Assembly (NCBI GenBank): GCA_050618055.1
Contig: JBNLVK010000109.1
Span: 4,433-68,432, forward strand
Source of the DNA: Myxococcota bacterium
GTDB taxonomy: Bacteria; Myxococcota_A; UBA9160; SMWR01
DNA length: 64,000 nt
Reading direction: 5' to 3'
The notes beneath the pieces were generated by a model. It was not told where the DNA came from. It made no database searches and saw only the letters and a list, made by a program, of their open reading frames with translations. Every line of letters starts with the position of its first letter. Position 1 is the stretch's first letter. This document shows positions 9,436-18,339 of the stretch, piece by piece. Position numbers and translations under genes: made by a program.

Positions 9436-10170
9436 GTGGAAGGCAGGCCCTACGACCTCTACTACTGGCCGAACATCGCCGGTCGCGGCGAGTTCGTGCG
9501 GCTGGTGCTCGAGGAGGCGGCGGAGCCCTACCGCGACGTCGGCCGGCTGCCCGCCGAGCAGGGCGGAGGCGTCGAGGCCGTTGCAGCGTTCTGGGCGGGC
9601 AAGAACGAGGGCCCGCCCGTCTTCGCGCCGCCGGTGCTGGTGCAGGGTCCGCTCGTGCTCTCGCAGACGGCGGCGATCTGCCACTTCCTGGGCACTCGCC
9701 ACGACCTGGCTCCGCGCGACGAAGTCGAGCAGGCCCGGGCACTGGCACTCCAGCTCACCATCGCCGACCTGGTCGTCGAGACGCACGACACCCACCATCC
9801 CATCAGCGCCTGGCTCCACTACGAGGACCAGCAGGACGAGGCGAAGCGGCGCGCGTCCCACTTCGTGAGCCAGCGGTTGCCGCGCTTCCTCCAGTACTTC
9901 GAGCGGGTGCTGGTCGACAACGGAGGCAACGTGCTGGTGGGAGACGGCCTCTCGCACGCCGACCTGGGGCTCTTCCAGACGCTCGAAGGTCTCGCCTGGG
10001 CGTTCCCCCGCGGCTTCGCGCAGGCGAGCGAGGCCACCCCCGGCATCCTGGCGCTGGGCGAGCGGGTGCGGGAACGGCCGCGCATCGCCGCCTACCTGGC
10101 GTCGGAGCGCCGCGTGCCCTTCAACCAGGAGGGCATCTTCCGCCGCTACCCGGAGCTCGACCTGGACTGA
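9436..10170 (+). CDS. Glutathione S-transferase
   Basis: LYYWPNIAGRGEFVRLVLE, FAPP, LSQTAAI, IFRRYPELD. Confidence 0.9.
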   Translation: MEGRPYDLYYWPNIAGRGEFVRLVLEEAAEPYRDVGRLPAEQGGGVEAVAAFWAGKNEGPPVFAPPVLVQGPLVLSQTAAICHFLGTRHDLAPRDEVEQARALALQLTIADLVVETHDTHHPISAWLHYEDQQDEAKRRASHFVSQRLPRFLQYFERVLVDNGGNVLVGDGLSHADLGLFQTLEGLAWAFPRGFAQASEATPGILALGERVRERPRIAAYLASERRVPFNQEGIFRRYPELDLD

Positions 10171-10189
10171 GGACGTCGGTGCGTCGGCG

Positions 10190-11425
10190 CTAGTCGACCG
10201 ACAGCAGCGAGATGCGGCCCTGCCGGCACAGCGCGTCGAGGGACGAGACCGACGGCCAGAGCAGCTGGCGCGCGGCGCGGTCCACGCGCCGGGCCATGCG
10301 GGGCAGACGCGCCCACCAGGGCTGCGCGTCGAGCTGGGCCATCACCAGCTCGAAGACGGCCTCCTTCGCCGGCCCCAGCGCCGACCCGGCGAGCACGCGC
10401 TCGCCGGCGACGAGGAAGCAGGAGAGGTCGCCGAAGGAGATGAGCGTCGGCTTGCCCGAGGGCTCGAAGGGCTCGAGCGCCCGGTGCGCCAGCAGGCGTC
10501 CGGCGTTGCGCGCGGCGCACACGCCCATGTCGATGGCGTGGTAGGCCTGCTTGGAGAGCGGCGTGGGAAGCTCGGCCGCGTCCCCGGCGACGAACACCTC
10601 CGGGTGTCCCTTGCTCTGGAGCGTGACGTCGACCGGCGCCCACTCGCCGCGCGGAGCCAGCCCGCTCTCGGCGAGCAGCGCTGGGGCGGTCGGTCCGCCG
10701 GTCCAGATGGTGAGGTCGGAGGGCAGCCGCCGCCCGTCCTCCAGCACGACCGCGTCCTCCGCGACCGAGTCGACCCGCGAGCCCAGCGCGAGGTCGACGG
10801 CCTGCGCTGCGCACAGCTCCCGCACGTGGCGGTCGAGGACGTCCGGCGTCTCCGAGAGCAGCCGCTCGCTCACGTCCACGACGCTGACGTGCACGTCGTC
10901 GTCGCGGTGGCGCCGCAGGATCTCGCCCAGCGCTTCCACGCCCTCGAGCCCGCCGCCCACGATCACCACGCGGGTGGTCTTCCTGCGGCTCGCGAGACGG
11001 CGCAGGCGCGTGCCGATGCGCTGGCACTGGTCGACGGACTTGAAGGGGAAGGCGTGCTCGTCCACGCCCGGCACGCCCTGGGTGTTGTTCACTCCCCCCA
11101 GGCCGACGATCAGCGCGTCGTAGCCGATCGGCCGCTTGCGGCGCCGGGTCGTGACCGTGCGCGCCGCGGGATCGATCGCGGTGACCGTGTCGCGCACGAA
11201 CGCGTGGCCCGCGCGCGCGAGGTTGCGGTCGAGGGGCAGGCGCAGCAGGTCCGGAGTCTTCACGCCGGATACCAGCTCGTGGATGTTGGGCAGGAACTCG
11301 AACCAGCGCTGGCGGTCGACGAGCGTCACGTCGTGGCGCCCGGGCTCGAGCTCGAGCGCCGCCGCCAGACCGGCGAAGCCGCCGCCCAGGATCACCACGC
11401 GACTGCGCTCGGAGGTCCGGCCCAT
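10190..11425 (-). CDS. NAD(P)/FAD-dependent oxidoreductase (NDH-2-like)
   Basis: VVILGGGFAGL, second Rossmann VIVGGGLEGVE, IWTGG, VFVAGDAA. Confidence 0.88.
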   Translation of the reverse strand: MGRTSERSRVVILGGGFAGLAAALELEPGRHDVTLVDRQRWFEFLPNIHELVSGVKTPDLLRLPLDRNLARAGHAFVRDTVTAIDPAARTVTTRRRKRPIGYDALIVGLGGVNNTQGVPGVDEHAFPFKSVDQCQRIGTRLRRLASRRKTTRVVIVGGGLEGVEALGEILRRHRDDDVHVSVVDVSERLLSETPDVLDRHVRELCAAQAVDLALGSRVDSVAEDAVVLEDGRRLPSDLTIWTGGPTAPALLAESGLAPRGEWAPVDVTLQSKGHPEVFVAGDAAELPTPLSKQAYHAIDMGVCAARNAGRLLAHRALEPFEPSGKPTLISFGDLSCFLVAGERVLAGSALGPAKEAVFELVMAQLDAQPWWARLPRMARRVDRAARQLLWPSVSSLDALCRQGRISLLSVD

Positions 11426-11541
11426 GGGTGCTCCTCCCCTTCCAGGGAGAGCCTAACCCGGCGACCGCCGCGGGCGAGGCCGGCTGGACCGCACGGCTCG
11501 CGCCCCTAGGGTGTGCCGGCCTTCGGACAGCAGGGAGGGAC

Positions 11542-12297
11542 ATGGCACGCGTGGCAATGGTGCAGGGGGCGAGTCGCGGGCTGGGACTCGCGTTCGTACG
11601 CGCCCTGCTCGGTCGCGACGACGTCGACCGGGTGGTGGCCACCAGCCGAAGCCCGGAGACGAGCGAGGGCCTGGCCCGGCTGCGCGACGAGGCCGGCGAC
11701 GCCCTCCTGACCGTTCCACTCGACGTCCGCGACGAGACCACCATCGCGGCCGCCGCAACGCGGGTCGCCGAGACCTGCGGGCCCCGTCTCCACTGGCTGA
11801 TCAACTGCGCGGGAGTGCTCCACGACGGCCGCGGGAAGGGTCCGGAGAAGAAGCTCGAGGACGCCGATCCGGAGCGCCTGCGCACGGTGTTCGAGGTGAA
11901 CGCCTTCGGGCCACTCCTGGTGACCCGCCACTTCGTCGGACTGCTGACCCACGACGAGCGGGCCGTGCTCGCCAACCTGTCGGCCCGCGTCGGCAGCATC
12001 GGCGACAACCGGCTGGGAGGCTGGTACGGATACCGCGCCTCGAAGGCGGCGCAGAACATGTTCACGCGCTGCACCGCCATCGAGCTCGGCCGTCGCGCCC
12101 CGAACGTGATCTGCCTGGCGCTCCACCCGGGCACCGTCGACACGGACCTCTCGCGTCCCTTCCAGGGGAACGTCCCCGCGGAGAAGCTCTTCGACCCGAA
12201 GCGGGCCGCCGATCAGCTGCTCGCCGTGATCGACGCCGCGGCCCCCGAGAGCAGCGGGCGCTTCCTGGCCTGGGACGGCCAGACGATCCCCTGGTAG
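11542..12297 (+). CDS. Short-chain dehydrogenase (CsgA/C-factor-like SDR)
   Basis: GGGAGG RBS, QGASRGLG, SARVGSIGDNRLGGWYGYRASK, LHPGTVDT, ends IPW. Confidence 0.9.
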   Translation: MARVAMVQGASRGLGLAFVRALLGRDDVDRVVATSRSPETSEGLARLRDEAGDALLTVPLDVRDETTIAAAATRVAETCGPRLHWLINCAGVLHDGRGKGPEKKLEDADPERLRTVFEVNAFGPLLVTRHFVGLLTHDERAVLANLSARVGSIGDNRLGGWYGYRASKAAQNMFTRCTAIELGRRAPNVICLALHPGTVDTDLSRPFQGNVPAEKLFDPKRAADQLLAVIDAAAPESSGRFLAWDGQTIPW

Positions 12298-12532
12298 CGC
12301 GCTAGCGGCCGCGGGCCACGAGGTAGGCGAGACAGCCGACGGCCAGCGAGATCCCCGGGGCCGGCCACTGGATGGCCAGCCAGGACACCGCCATGCAGGC
12401 GAGGGCCACCGCCGCGCCGATCGCCCGCGCCCGCCCCTCGCGGCGACGATCAGGCACGTGGCCCTCGATCCCGAAGCATGGGGACACCGGACACGGGATC
12501 AGCCTAGCCGGCGACCGGCTGCCCACGAGGCG

Positions 12533-13003
12533 CTACCAGCGCGACGCGCGCAGGCGTGATCCCCAGACCTCGGCGGCCCGCCACATCTGGCGGCTCGAGC
12601 AGCGGCCCTGGTGGCTGGTCCGGTCGCCGCGCGCGTCGAAGAAGACCCGGCAGCCGCGGTCCATCGCCACGTAGCCGTAGCCGTCGTGGCCCCGGAAGAC
12701 CCGGGGGCCGCGGCGGAAGCTCCGCTCGTGCAGGCTCGCCTGCCACGCCTGCCCGGCCATCCACATCTGGCGGCCGGAGCAGTGGCCCTGGTGACTGGTC
12801 TGGCCGCCGCGCGCGTCGAAGAAGACACGGCAGTCGCGGCCCATGCGGACGAACCCGTAGCCGTCCTGGCTCACGACGACCCGGGAGGCGCGAGCGTGAC
12901 GCGAGGTGTCGTGGCGGGCGTCGGCACCCGCCGACGCCCCGAGCAGCAGCAGGGCCGCCGCGACGAGGGATCCCAGGCCGGAAGGAACGGATGAGTGGCG
13001 CAT
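12533..13003 (-). CDS. Secreted protein with two tandem Cys-containing repeats
   Basis: GAGGAG RBS, signal peptide, two copies of DGYG.V.M.R.CRVFFDARG..TSHQG.CS.RQMW. Confidence 0.75.
   Translation of the reverse strand: MRHSSVPSGLGSLVAAALLLLGASAGADARHDTSRHARASRVVVSQDGYGFVRMGRDCRVFFDARGGQTSHQGHCSGRQMWMAGQAWQASLHERSFRRGPRVFRGHDGYGYVAMDRGCRVFFDARGDRTSHQGRCSSRQMWRAAEVWGSRLRASRW
12581..12865. repeat. Intragenic direct repeat, about 105 bp units at 180 bp spacing
   Basis: 12581-12685 closely matches 12761-12865. Confidence 0.85.
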
Positions 13004-13060
13004 GTCGGCTCCTCGGCAGTGTCGAGGAGTTCGACGCGCTCCCGCCGTCCGGATTCACTC

Positions 13061-13110
13061 TCATTTTGTATATATATTTTCTAGACAATCTATCAATATC
13101 GTCTATATTA
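13061..13110. promoter_or_regulatory. AT-rich divergent promoter with CarH/LitR-like 11-bp-periodic TnnACA-like boxes
   Basis: Plus strand TATATA 13071, TAGACA 13082, TCAATA 13093; minus strand TATACA 13067, TAGAAA 13078, TAGACG 13100; CarH-like gene in the downstream operon. Confidence 0.6.
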
Positions 13111-13127
13111 CTGCCCGAGGAGAGCCC

Positions 13128-13322
13128 GTGACCGCAACGACCGCCACCTGCACGCTCCGCCACCTGCACCAGTGCCTGTCCGATCTCGGGCTGGACGGCG
13201 AGGAGGCGGCGCTCGCCGTGTTCGAGCTGGTCAGGCAGGGCGACGTCCGGCTCGTGGGCGACCACGCGGACGCGCTGCTGTGGGTCTTCGCCCCGGCGAT
13301 CGCCGCGCGAGAATGGAACTGA
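13128..13322 (+). CDS. Small hypothetical protein (64 aa)
   Basis: GAGGAG RBS before GTG 13128; first gene of the ABC1-CarH operon. Confidence 0.6.
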   Translation: MTATTATCTLRHLHQCLSDLGLDGEEAALAVFELVRQGDVRLVGDHADALLWVFAPAIAAREWN

Positions 13323-13327
13323 CGCGC

Positions 13328-14641
13328 ATGAACCGTGCATCGCGAATTCCCGCCGGGCGGCTCGAGCGACTGGCCCGCATCGGCTGGCTGGGCGCCGAGG
13401 TGGCCGTGGGCGGAGCCTTCGAGGGCCTGCGCCGCGTCGGCGGGGCGGCCCAGGAGGCGGGCAACGTCTTCCTCACGCCGGCCAACGCCGACCGCCTGGT
13501 GCGCCGGCTCTCGCGCCTGCGCGGAGCCGCCATGAAGGCCGGCCAGATGCTCTCGATGGAGGCGTCGGACCTGCTGCCGCCCCAGGTGGCCGAGCGCCTG
13601 GCGGACCTGCGCGCCGACGGCGACGCCATGCAGCCGGACCAGCTCGAGGGTGTCCTCACCGAGGCCTGGGGCCCCGACTGGCGCGGGCGCCTGCACCACT
13701 TCGATCCGGAGCCGATGGCCGCCGCGTCGATCGGCCAGGTGCACGCCGCCGTCGACCTGGAGGGCCGCGACCTGGCGGTCAAGGTGCAGTACCCGGGCGT
13801 GGCCGAGAGCATCGGCAGCGACGTCGACAACCTGGCCGCCGCCTTCCGCATGGCCCGCATCCTGCCGCGCGACTTCGACATGGCGCCCATCGTCGAGGAC
13901 ACCAAACGACAGCTCTCCGAGGAGGCCGACTACGCGCTCGAGGCAGAGCGCCTGGCGCGCTACGCCCGGCTGCTGCGCGGCGAGCCGGGGGTGGTCGTCC
14001 CCGAGGTGCACGCCGGGCTCACCACGCCCCGGGTGCTCGTCATGCAGCGGCTGTTCGGCGTTCCGCTCGAGGACCTCTGCGGCCCGGATCACGATCCGGC
14101 CGAGCGCGATCGCGCCGCGGCCCTGCTGATCCGCCTGATGCTGCGCGAGCTGTTCGAGTTCCGCTTCATGCAGACGGACCCGAACTTCGCCAACTACCTG
14201 TGGCTGGGCGACGGACGCATCGGACTGCTCGACCTGGGGGCGGGGCAGGCCCTGCCCCGCTCGCTCACCGACGGCTACGCCGGGCTCTTCCGCAGCGCGC
14301 TGGCCGACGATCGCCCGGGGCTCGAGCGCGCGGTGCGCGCGCTGGGCTTCGTCGAGGCCGGCGACCCGCCGGCCCTGGTGCGCGGGGTGCTCGACCTGGT
14401 GCGGCTGGCGACCGAGCCCTTCCGGACGCCGGGCCCCTACGACTTCGGCCGCTCCGACCTGCCGGCCCGCGCCCGCGACGCCGGAGCCGAGTTCGTCCTG
14501 GGCGGGGCCGTCCGCCGGGCGCCGCCGGCGCGCACCCTGTTCGTGCAGCGAAAGCTGGGCGGCACCTTCCTGCTCTGCCACCGGCTGGGCGCCCGCGTGG
14601 ACGCCCGCCGGATCCTGGAGGCCGCCCTCGAACGGGGTTGA
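13328..14641 (+). CDS. ABC1/AarF/UbiB family atypical kinase
   Basis: LRGAAMKAGQMLS, AAASIGQVH, AVKVQYPGV, QTDPNFANY; start may be 13313. Confidence 0.92.
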   Translation: MNRASRIPAGRLERLARIGWLGAEVAVGGAFEGLRRVGGAAQEAGNVFLTPANADRLVRRLSRLRGAAMKAGQMLSMEASDLLPPQVAERLADLRADGDAMQPDQLEGVLTEAWGPDWRGRLHHFDPEPMAAASIGQVHAAVDLEGRDLAVKVQYPGVAESIGSDVDNLAAAFRMARILPRDFDMAPIVEDTKRQLSEEADYALEAERLARYARLLRGEPGVVVPEVHAGLTTPRVLVMQRLFGVPLEDLCGPDHDPAERDRAAALLIRLMLRELFEFRFMQTDPNFANYLWLGDGRIGLLDLGAGQALPRSLTDGYAGLFRSALADDRPGLERAVRALGFVEAGDPPALVRGVLDLVRLATEPFRTPGPYDFGRSDLPARARDAGAEFVLGGAVRRAPPARTLFVQRKLGGTFLLCHRLGARVDARRILEAALERG

Positions 14642-14677
14642 CGACCCTGCCCCGGCCCTTCACGTTGCCGGGGCGGC

Positions 14678-15571
14678 ATGGCAGGCAGGCCTCTTCAGAC
14701 CGGTGACGACGCCGGAAGCTTCTCCCTCGGCGCGGTGGTCCGGCTGACCGGCCTGACGGAGCACACGATCCGCGCCTGGGAGCGCCGCTACGGCGCCATC
14801 CGCCCCGCCCGGTCCGCCAAGGGGACCCGGCGCTACGCGGAGGCGGACGTCGAACGGCTCCAGCTGCTGCGCGCCGCGGTCGACGCGGGCCACCGCATCG
14901 GCGAGATCGCGGCGCTGCCCGACGCCGAGCTGGTGCGCCGGCTGGAGGCGAAGCCCCAGCAGGCGCGCGATCCGCTGGAGGAGATCCGCGCCGCCATCGA
15001 GCGCCTCGACCCGGGCGAGCTCGATCGGCTGCTGGGACTCCAGCTGGGCGCCCTGGGCATCGACCGCTTCTGCCGCGACGTCGCCCTGCCGCTGCTGGTC
15101 GACATCGGCAACCGCTGGGAGGAGGGCACCGCGACCGTGGCGTCGGAGCACATGCTCTCGGCGAGCCTGCGCGGGCTGCTCGGCATGGCGCTGCGATCCG
15201 AACGGCGCCGGGAGGGCACGGCCCGGGTCCTGTTCGTGACGCCCGAGGGCGAGCGGCACGAGTTCGGCGTGCTGGCGGCGGCGCTCACCGCTGCCGGTGC
15301 CGGCGCCGACGTCACCTACCTGGGCGCCGAGCTTCCGGTCGAGGAGGTGGTGACCGCCTGCGAGACGGCCGGCGCCTCCGCCGTCGGCCTGAGCGTCGTC
15401 ACGCTCGGGTCGGACGCCGCCCGTCGCTACCTGGAGGCGCTGCGGGCCGCGCTGCCGGATCGGGTGGTGCTGTGGGTGGGCGGCGCGGGCGCCCCGGCCC
15501 CGGACGACCTCCCCGGCGTGACGAGCCTGGATCTCGACGGGCTGCGCCGCGCCGTGCTCCGGATGCGCTAG
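14678..15571 (+). CDS. MerR-family cobalamin-binding photoreceptor/repressor (CarH/LitR-like)
   Basis: MerR HTH (TIRAWERRYG..P.R..GTRRY), W-x9-EH (WEEGTATVASEH), E-x-H-x-x-G (GERHEFG), YLGAELP B12 domain. Confidence 0.9.
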   Translation: MAGRPLQTGDDAGSFSLGAVVRLTGLTEHTIRAWERRYGAIRPARSAKGTRRYAEADVERLQLLRAAVDAGHRIGEIAALPDAELVRRLEAKPQQARDPLEEIRAAIERLDPGELDRLLGLQLGALGIDRFCRDVALPLLVDIGNRWEEGTATVASEHMLSASLRGLLGMALRSERRREGTARVLFVTPEGERHEFGVLAAALTAAGAGADVTYLGAELPVEEVVTACETAGASAVGLSVVTLGSDAARRYLEALRAALPDRVVLWVGGAGAPAPDDLPGVTSLDLDGLRRAVLRMR

Positions 15572-15652
15572 GGAATGTCTGCATGAGCCGACTGCTCAGG
15601 CCATCCGTCTGGGATGGCCCGAGCGAAACCGTCTTGTGCAGACACTCCCTAG
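15568..15652. repeat. Short palindromic MITE/REP-like element with terminal inverted repeats
   Basis: CTAGGGAATGTCTGCA ... TGCAGACACTCCCTAG with an internal hairpin GGCCATCC..GGATGGCC. Confidence 0.65.
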
Positions 15653-16062
15653 CGCGCGCCCTTGAAGGGGAGACGCAGCGCCAGCTCGTGGAGGCGGGCC
15701 TGGCCCACCTCGCCCTTGCCGTCGGACACGACGACGAGCAGGTCCTTCCCGCCGAGCTCGAGCCCCACCTGGAGGCACGCGCCGCAGGGCCAGGTGAGCT
15801 CGCCGGCGGTGCGCGGGGCGACCAACGCCAGCACGTCCGGGCGACCCAGGCCCTGGGCGACGACCGAGAACAAGGCGGCCCGCTCGGCGCACATGGCCAG
15901 ACCCAACGAGACGTTCTCGACCAGCGCACCGGGAACGACCGCGTTGCGTTCGGTCACCACCGCCGCGCCCATCTTGAAGCGCGAGTAGGGCGCGTAGGCG
16001 CGCTCACGCGCCCGCTCCGCGTCCTTCAGCGCATCGCTGGCGCGCGGATCCTCGAGCTGCAT
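15649..16062 (-). CDS. cdd: Cytidine deaminase (homotetrameric type)
   Basis: AYAPYSRFKMGAA, VENVS, CAERAA, PCGAC Zn motifs. Confidence 0.88.
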   Translation of the reverse strand: MQLEDPRASDALKDAERARERAYAPYSRFKMGAAVVTERNAVVPGALVENVSLGLAMCAERAALFSVVAQGLGRPDVLALVAPRTAGELTWPCGACLQVGLELGGKDLLVVVSDGKGEVGQARLHELALRLPFKGAR

Positions 16063-16237
16063 CGCCCGCACCTTAACACGGGCCCGGCGGAGGTCGAGCG
16101 GCCGCGCCCCGCCCACACGAGCCGCCTGGCTGCGGCGAGCGAGAGCCCTGTCCATGGGTTGTACAAGTCCGGGGAACGGGCATAGGATGATCCTCGTGGT
16201 GGGGGCTCTCACGTACACCCACCCACGGAGTCCGAGC

Positions 16238-16705
16238 ATGAGCTACCGAGCGACGATTCTCGCCGCCGTCCCTGGACTGGCAGCAGCCCTTCTCCTCCTG
16301 CCGGCTCCGGCTTCGGCCGCGGCCCGGAGGCACGTCCTGCCGGGCCTCGCCTGCGACGCGGGAGGCAATACCTTCCAGTACGCCAAGCAGAGCGGCTCGG
16401 TCCGGAATGCGGCGTCGGTGGGCGTCTTCTACTGGTGCCCCGTCCCCCGGGAGCGGTTGAACTGGCCGATCTCCACCCTCAAGGTGGTCGTGGAGCGTCC
16501 CGACACCGAACCCGACTTCACCTGCTCGTTCTTCAGCTATTCGGGAGACGGCAGCTTCGTCGAATCCAAGAGCCGGACGACGAACGGCAGTGGCACCCAG
16601 ACGCTCACCATCAACGGCCTCACCACCACCACGGATGGAAGCGTCAGCATTGCCTGCGCCCTGCCGCCCCAGGGCCGCATCCATTCGATTCGCTGGGAAG
16701 AGTGA
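16238..16705 (+). CDS. Secreted beta-rich hypothetical protein
   Basis: GGAG RBS, signal peptide ending PASA, four Cys. Confidence 0.7.
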   Translation: MSYRATILAAVPGLAAALLLLPAPASAAARRHVLPGLACDAGGNTFQYAKQSGSVRNAASVGVFYWCPVPRERLNWPISTLKVVVERPDTEPDFTCSFFSYSGDGSFVESKSRTTNGSGTQTLTINGLTTTTDGSVSIACALPPQGRIHSIRWEE

Positions 16706-17445
16706 CGGACGCGATCGGACCACCAGACCCGTCCACCGCCCCTCCCGGTCCGATGCCCCGTCGCAACCCGCGCCGTACCGCCTTCGCGGCGCTCGTGGTC
16801 GTGATCGCCGGCGCCGGTCTCTGGGTCGTGCTGCGCAACGGGCAGGGGCCGCCTGGCGAAGGACCGCCCCCGGCGCCGCGGGTCGAGTCCGCGCGGTTGT
16901 CGGAGATCGAAGACCGTCTGCAGGAGATCCGCGCGCGCCTGGACGGGCTGGCGGCGCAGCAGTCCGCCTCGGCGCGGGCCCAGGACGAGCTGGCGGACGC
17001 CCTCGAGTCCATCGCCGCCCGGCTCGAAACGATCGGGGCCTCGCTGCCATCCGGCTCGGACCCACGAGAGGCCGCGGACGAGACGGCCGAAACGGCGCCC
17101 GCGCCGGAGGAGGACGTCCAGCAGGTCGTAGCGGCGCTGGGTAGCCGCCTCGCGGAAGAAGCCGTGGACCCCTCGTGGAGTGCCGAGGCCACGGACCAGC
17201 TCCACCGCGCCACGGAGCAGATCGAGGACCTGGCAACGGAACCCAGCCGGGTCGAGTGCCGTTCGACGCTGTGTCGCGTCGAGACCCACCATCCGGACCG
17301 CGGGGCGCTGGAAGCCTTCGTCGTGGCCTTGCCGCTCTCGCTGGGCTGGAACAGCACGGTCCGCGCCGGCGAGATCCCGCACAACGACGGCACCCTGAGC
17401 AGCGTCGTGTTCATCAGCCGGAATGGTCTCGACCTGGAGGACTAG
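16702..17445 (+). CDS. Membrane-anchored coiled-coil protein with VECRSTLC C-terminal domain
   Basis: GTGA overlap with the previous gene, TM segment, coiled coil, EAVDPSWS..VECRSTLCRVE; start could be ATG 16753. Confidence 0.7.
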   Translation: MTDAIGPPDPSTAPPGPMPRRNPRRTAFAALVVVIAGAGLWVVLRNGQGPPGEGPPPAPRVESARLSEIEDRLQEIRARLDGLAAQQSASARAQDELADALESIAARLETIGASLPSGSDPREAADETAETAPAPEEDVQQVVAALGSRLAEEAVDPSWSAEATDQLHRATEQIEDLATEPSRVECRSTLCRVETHHPDRGALEAFVVALPLSLGWNSTVRAGEIPHNDGTLSSVVFISRNGLDLED

Positions 17446-17592
17446 TCCCTCGAAACCGGGCCGGGGCGCAGGCGCGCTGGCGCCACCTGCTCGCCGTCCT
17501 ACGGTCGCACCCGTGCGAAACCGGGCACAGGATGGGATGCCGGTTGCATTTGCCCCGCCGGGATAGGACGATTCCTGCCTCGGGAGGAGCTT

Positions 17593-18339
17593 CTGGCAGG
17601 AGACACAGCGATCACGCGCGACCGCTTCGACGCGGTGCTCTTCGATCTCGACGGCGTCATCACCGACACCGCCGCGATCCACCGTGCCTGCTGGAAGGAG
17701 ACCTTCGACGCCTACCTGCTGGCACGCGCCGAGGCCCACGGCGAGCGCTTCCGCCCCTTCGACGAGGAGGACTACCTCCGCTACGTGGACGGACGCCCGC
17801 GCTACGACGGCGTGCGCGCCTTCCTCGCCTCCCGCGGCATCGAGCTTCCCGAGGGCGATCCGTCCGATGCGGCCGACGCCGAGACGGTCTGCGGTCTCGG
17901 CAACCGCAAGAACGACCGCGTCGGGCCCGCCATCACCGAGAAGGGGGTCGACGTCTTCCCGGGCAGCCTGGCCTGGCTCGAGCAGCTGCGCGCGGCGGGC
18001 TTCCGCACGGCCCTGGTCTCGGCCAGCGCCAACGCGGCCACGGTGCTCGAGGTGACCGGGCTCCTCGACGCCTTCGAGGTGCGCGTCGACGGCTGTGTGC
18101 TCGCGGCCGAGGGCATCGCCGGCAAGCCGGCCCCCGACTCCTTCCTGGAGGCGGCGCGGCGGCTGGGCGTCCCCCCGGAGCGCGCAGTGGTGGTCGAGGA
18201 CGCCCGGTCGGGCGTGGAGGCCGGGAGGGCCGGGAGCTTCGGGCTCGTGATCGGGGTGGCTCGCCACGGTGATGCGGCGGCGCTGCGCGACGCGGGGGCG
18301 GATCGCGTCGTCGACGACCTCGGGGAGCTGGTGGCGTGA
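17593..18339 (+). CDS. Beta-phosphoglucomutase-family HAD hydrolase
   Basis: FDAVLFDLDGVITDT, GKPAPD, VVEDA; start probably CTG 17593 after GGGAGGAG (ORF track starts at 17635). Confidence 0.88.
   Translation: MAGDTAITRDRFDAVLFDLDGVITDTAAIHRACWKETFDAYLLARAEAHGERFRPFDEEDYLRYVDGRPRYDGVRAFLASRGIELPEGDPSDAADAETVCGLGNRKNDRVGPAITEKGVDVFPGSLAWLEQLRAAGFRTALVSASANAATVLEVTGLLDAFEVRVDGCVLAAEGIAGKPAPDSFLEAARRLGVPPERAVVVEDARSGVEAGRAGSFGLVIGVARHGDAAALRDAGADRVVDDLGELVA

Noticed and set aside
11542-12297. Calling the SDR the developmental C-signal csgA
   Set aside because: Family resemblance only; such SDRs are widespread and the context is redox/light-stress genes
12302-12526. Small membrane protein on the minus strand
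   Set aside because: Hydrophobic C-terminus is plausible, but there is no clear RBS/start or motif, so support is insufficient
15590-15632. Hammerhead ribozyme (CTGCTCA...stem...CGAAAC)
   Set aside because: The core reads CTGCTCA rather than the required CTGATGA; better explained as the interior of a palindromic element
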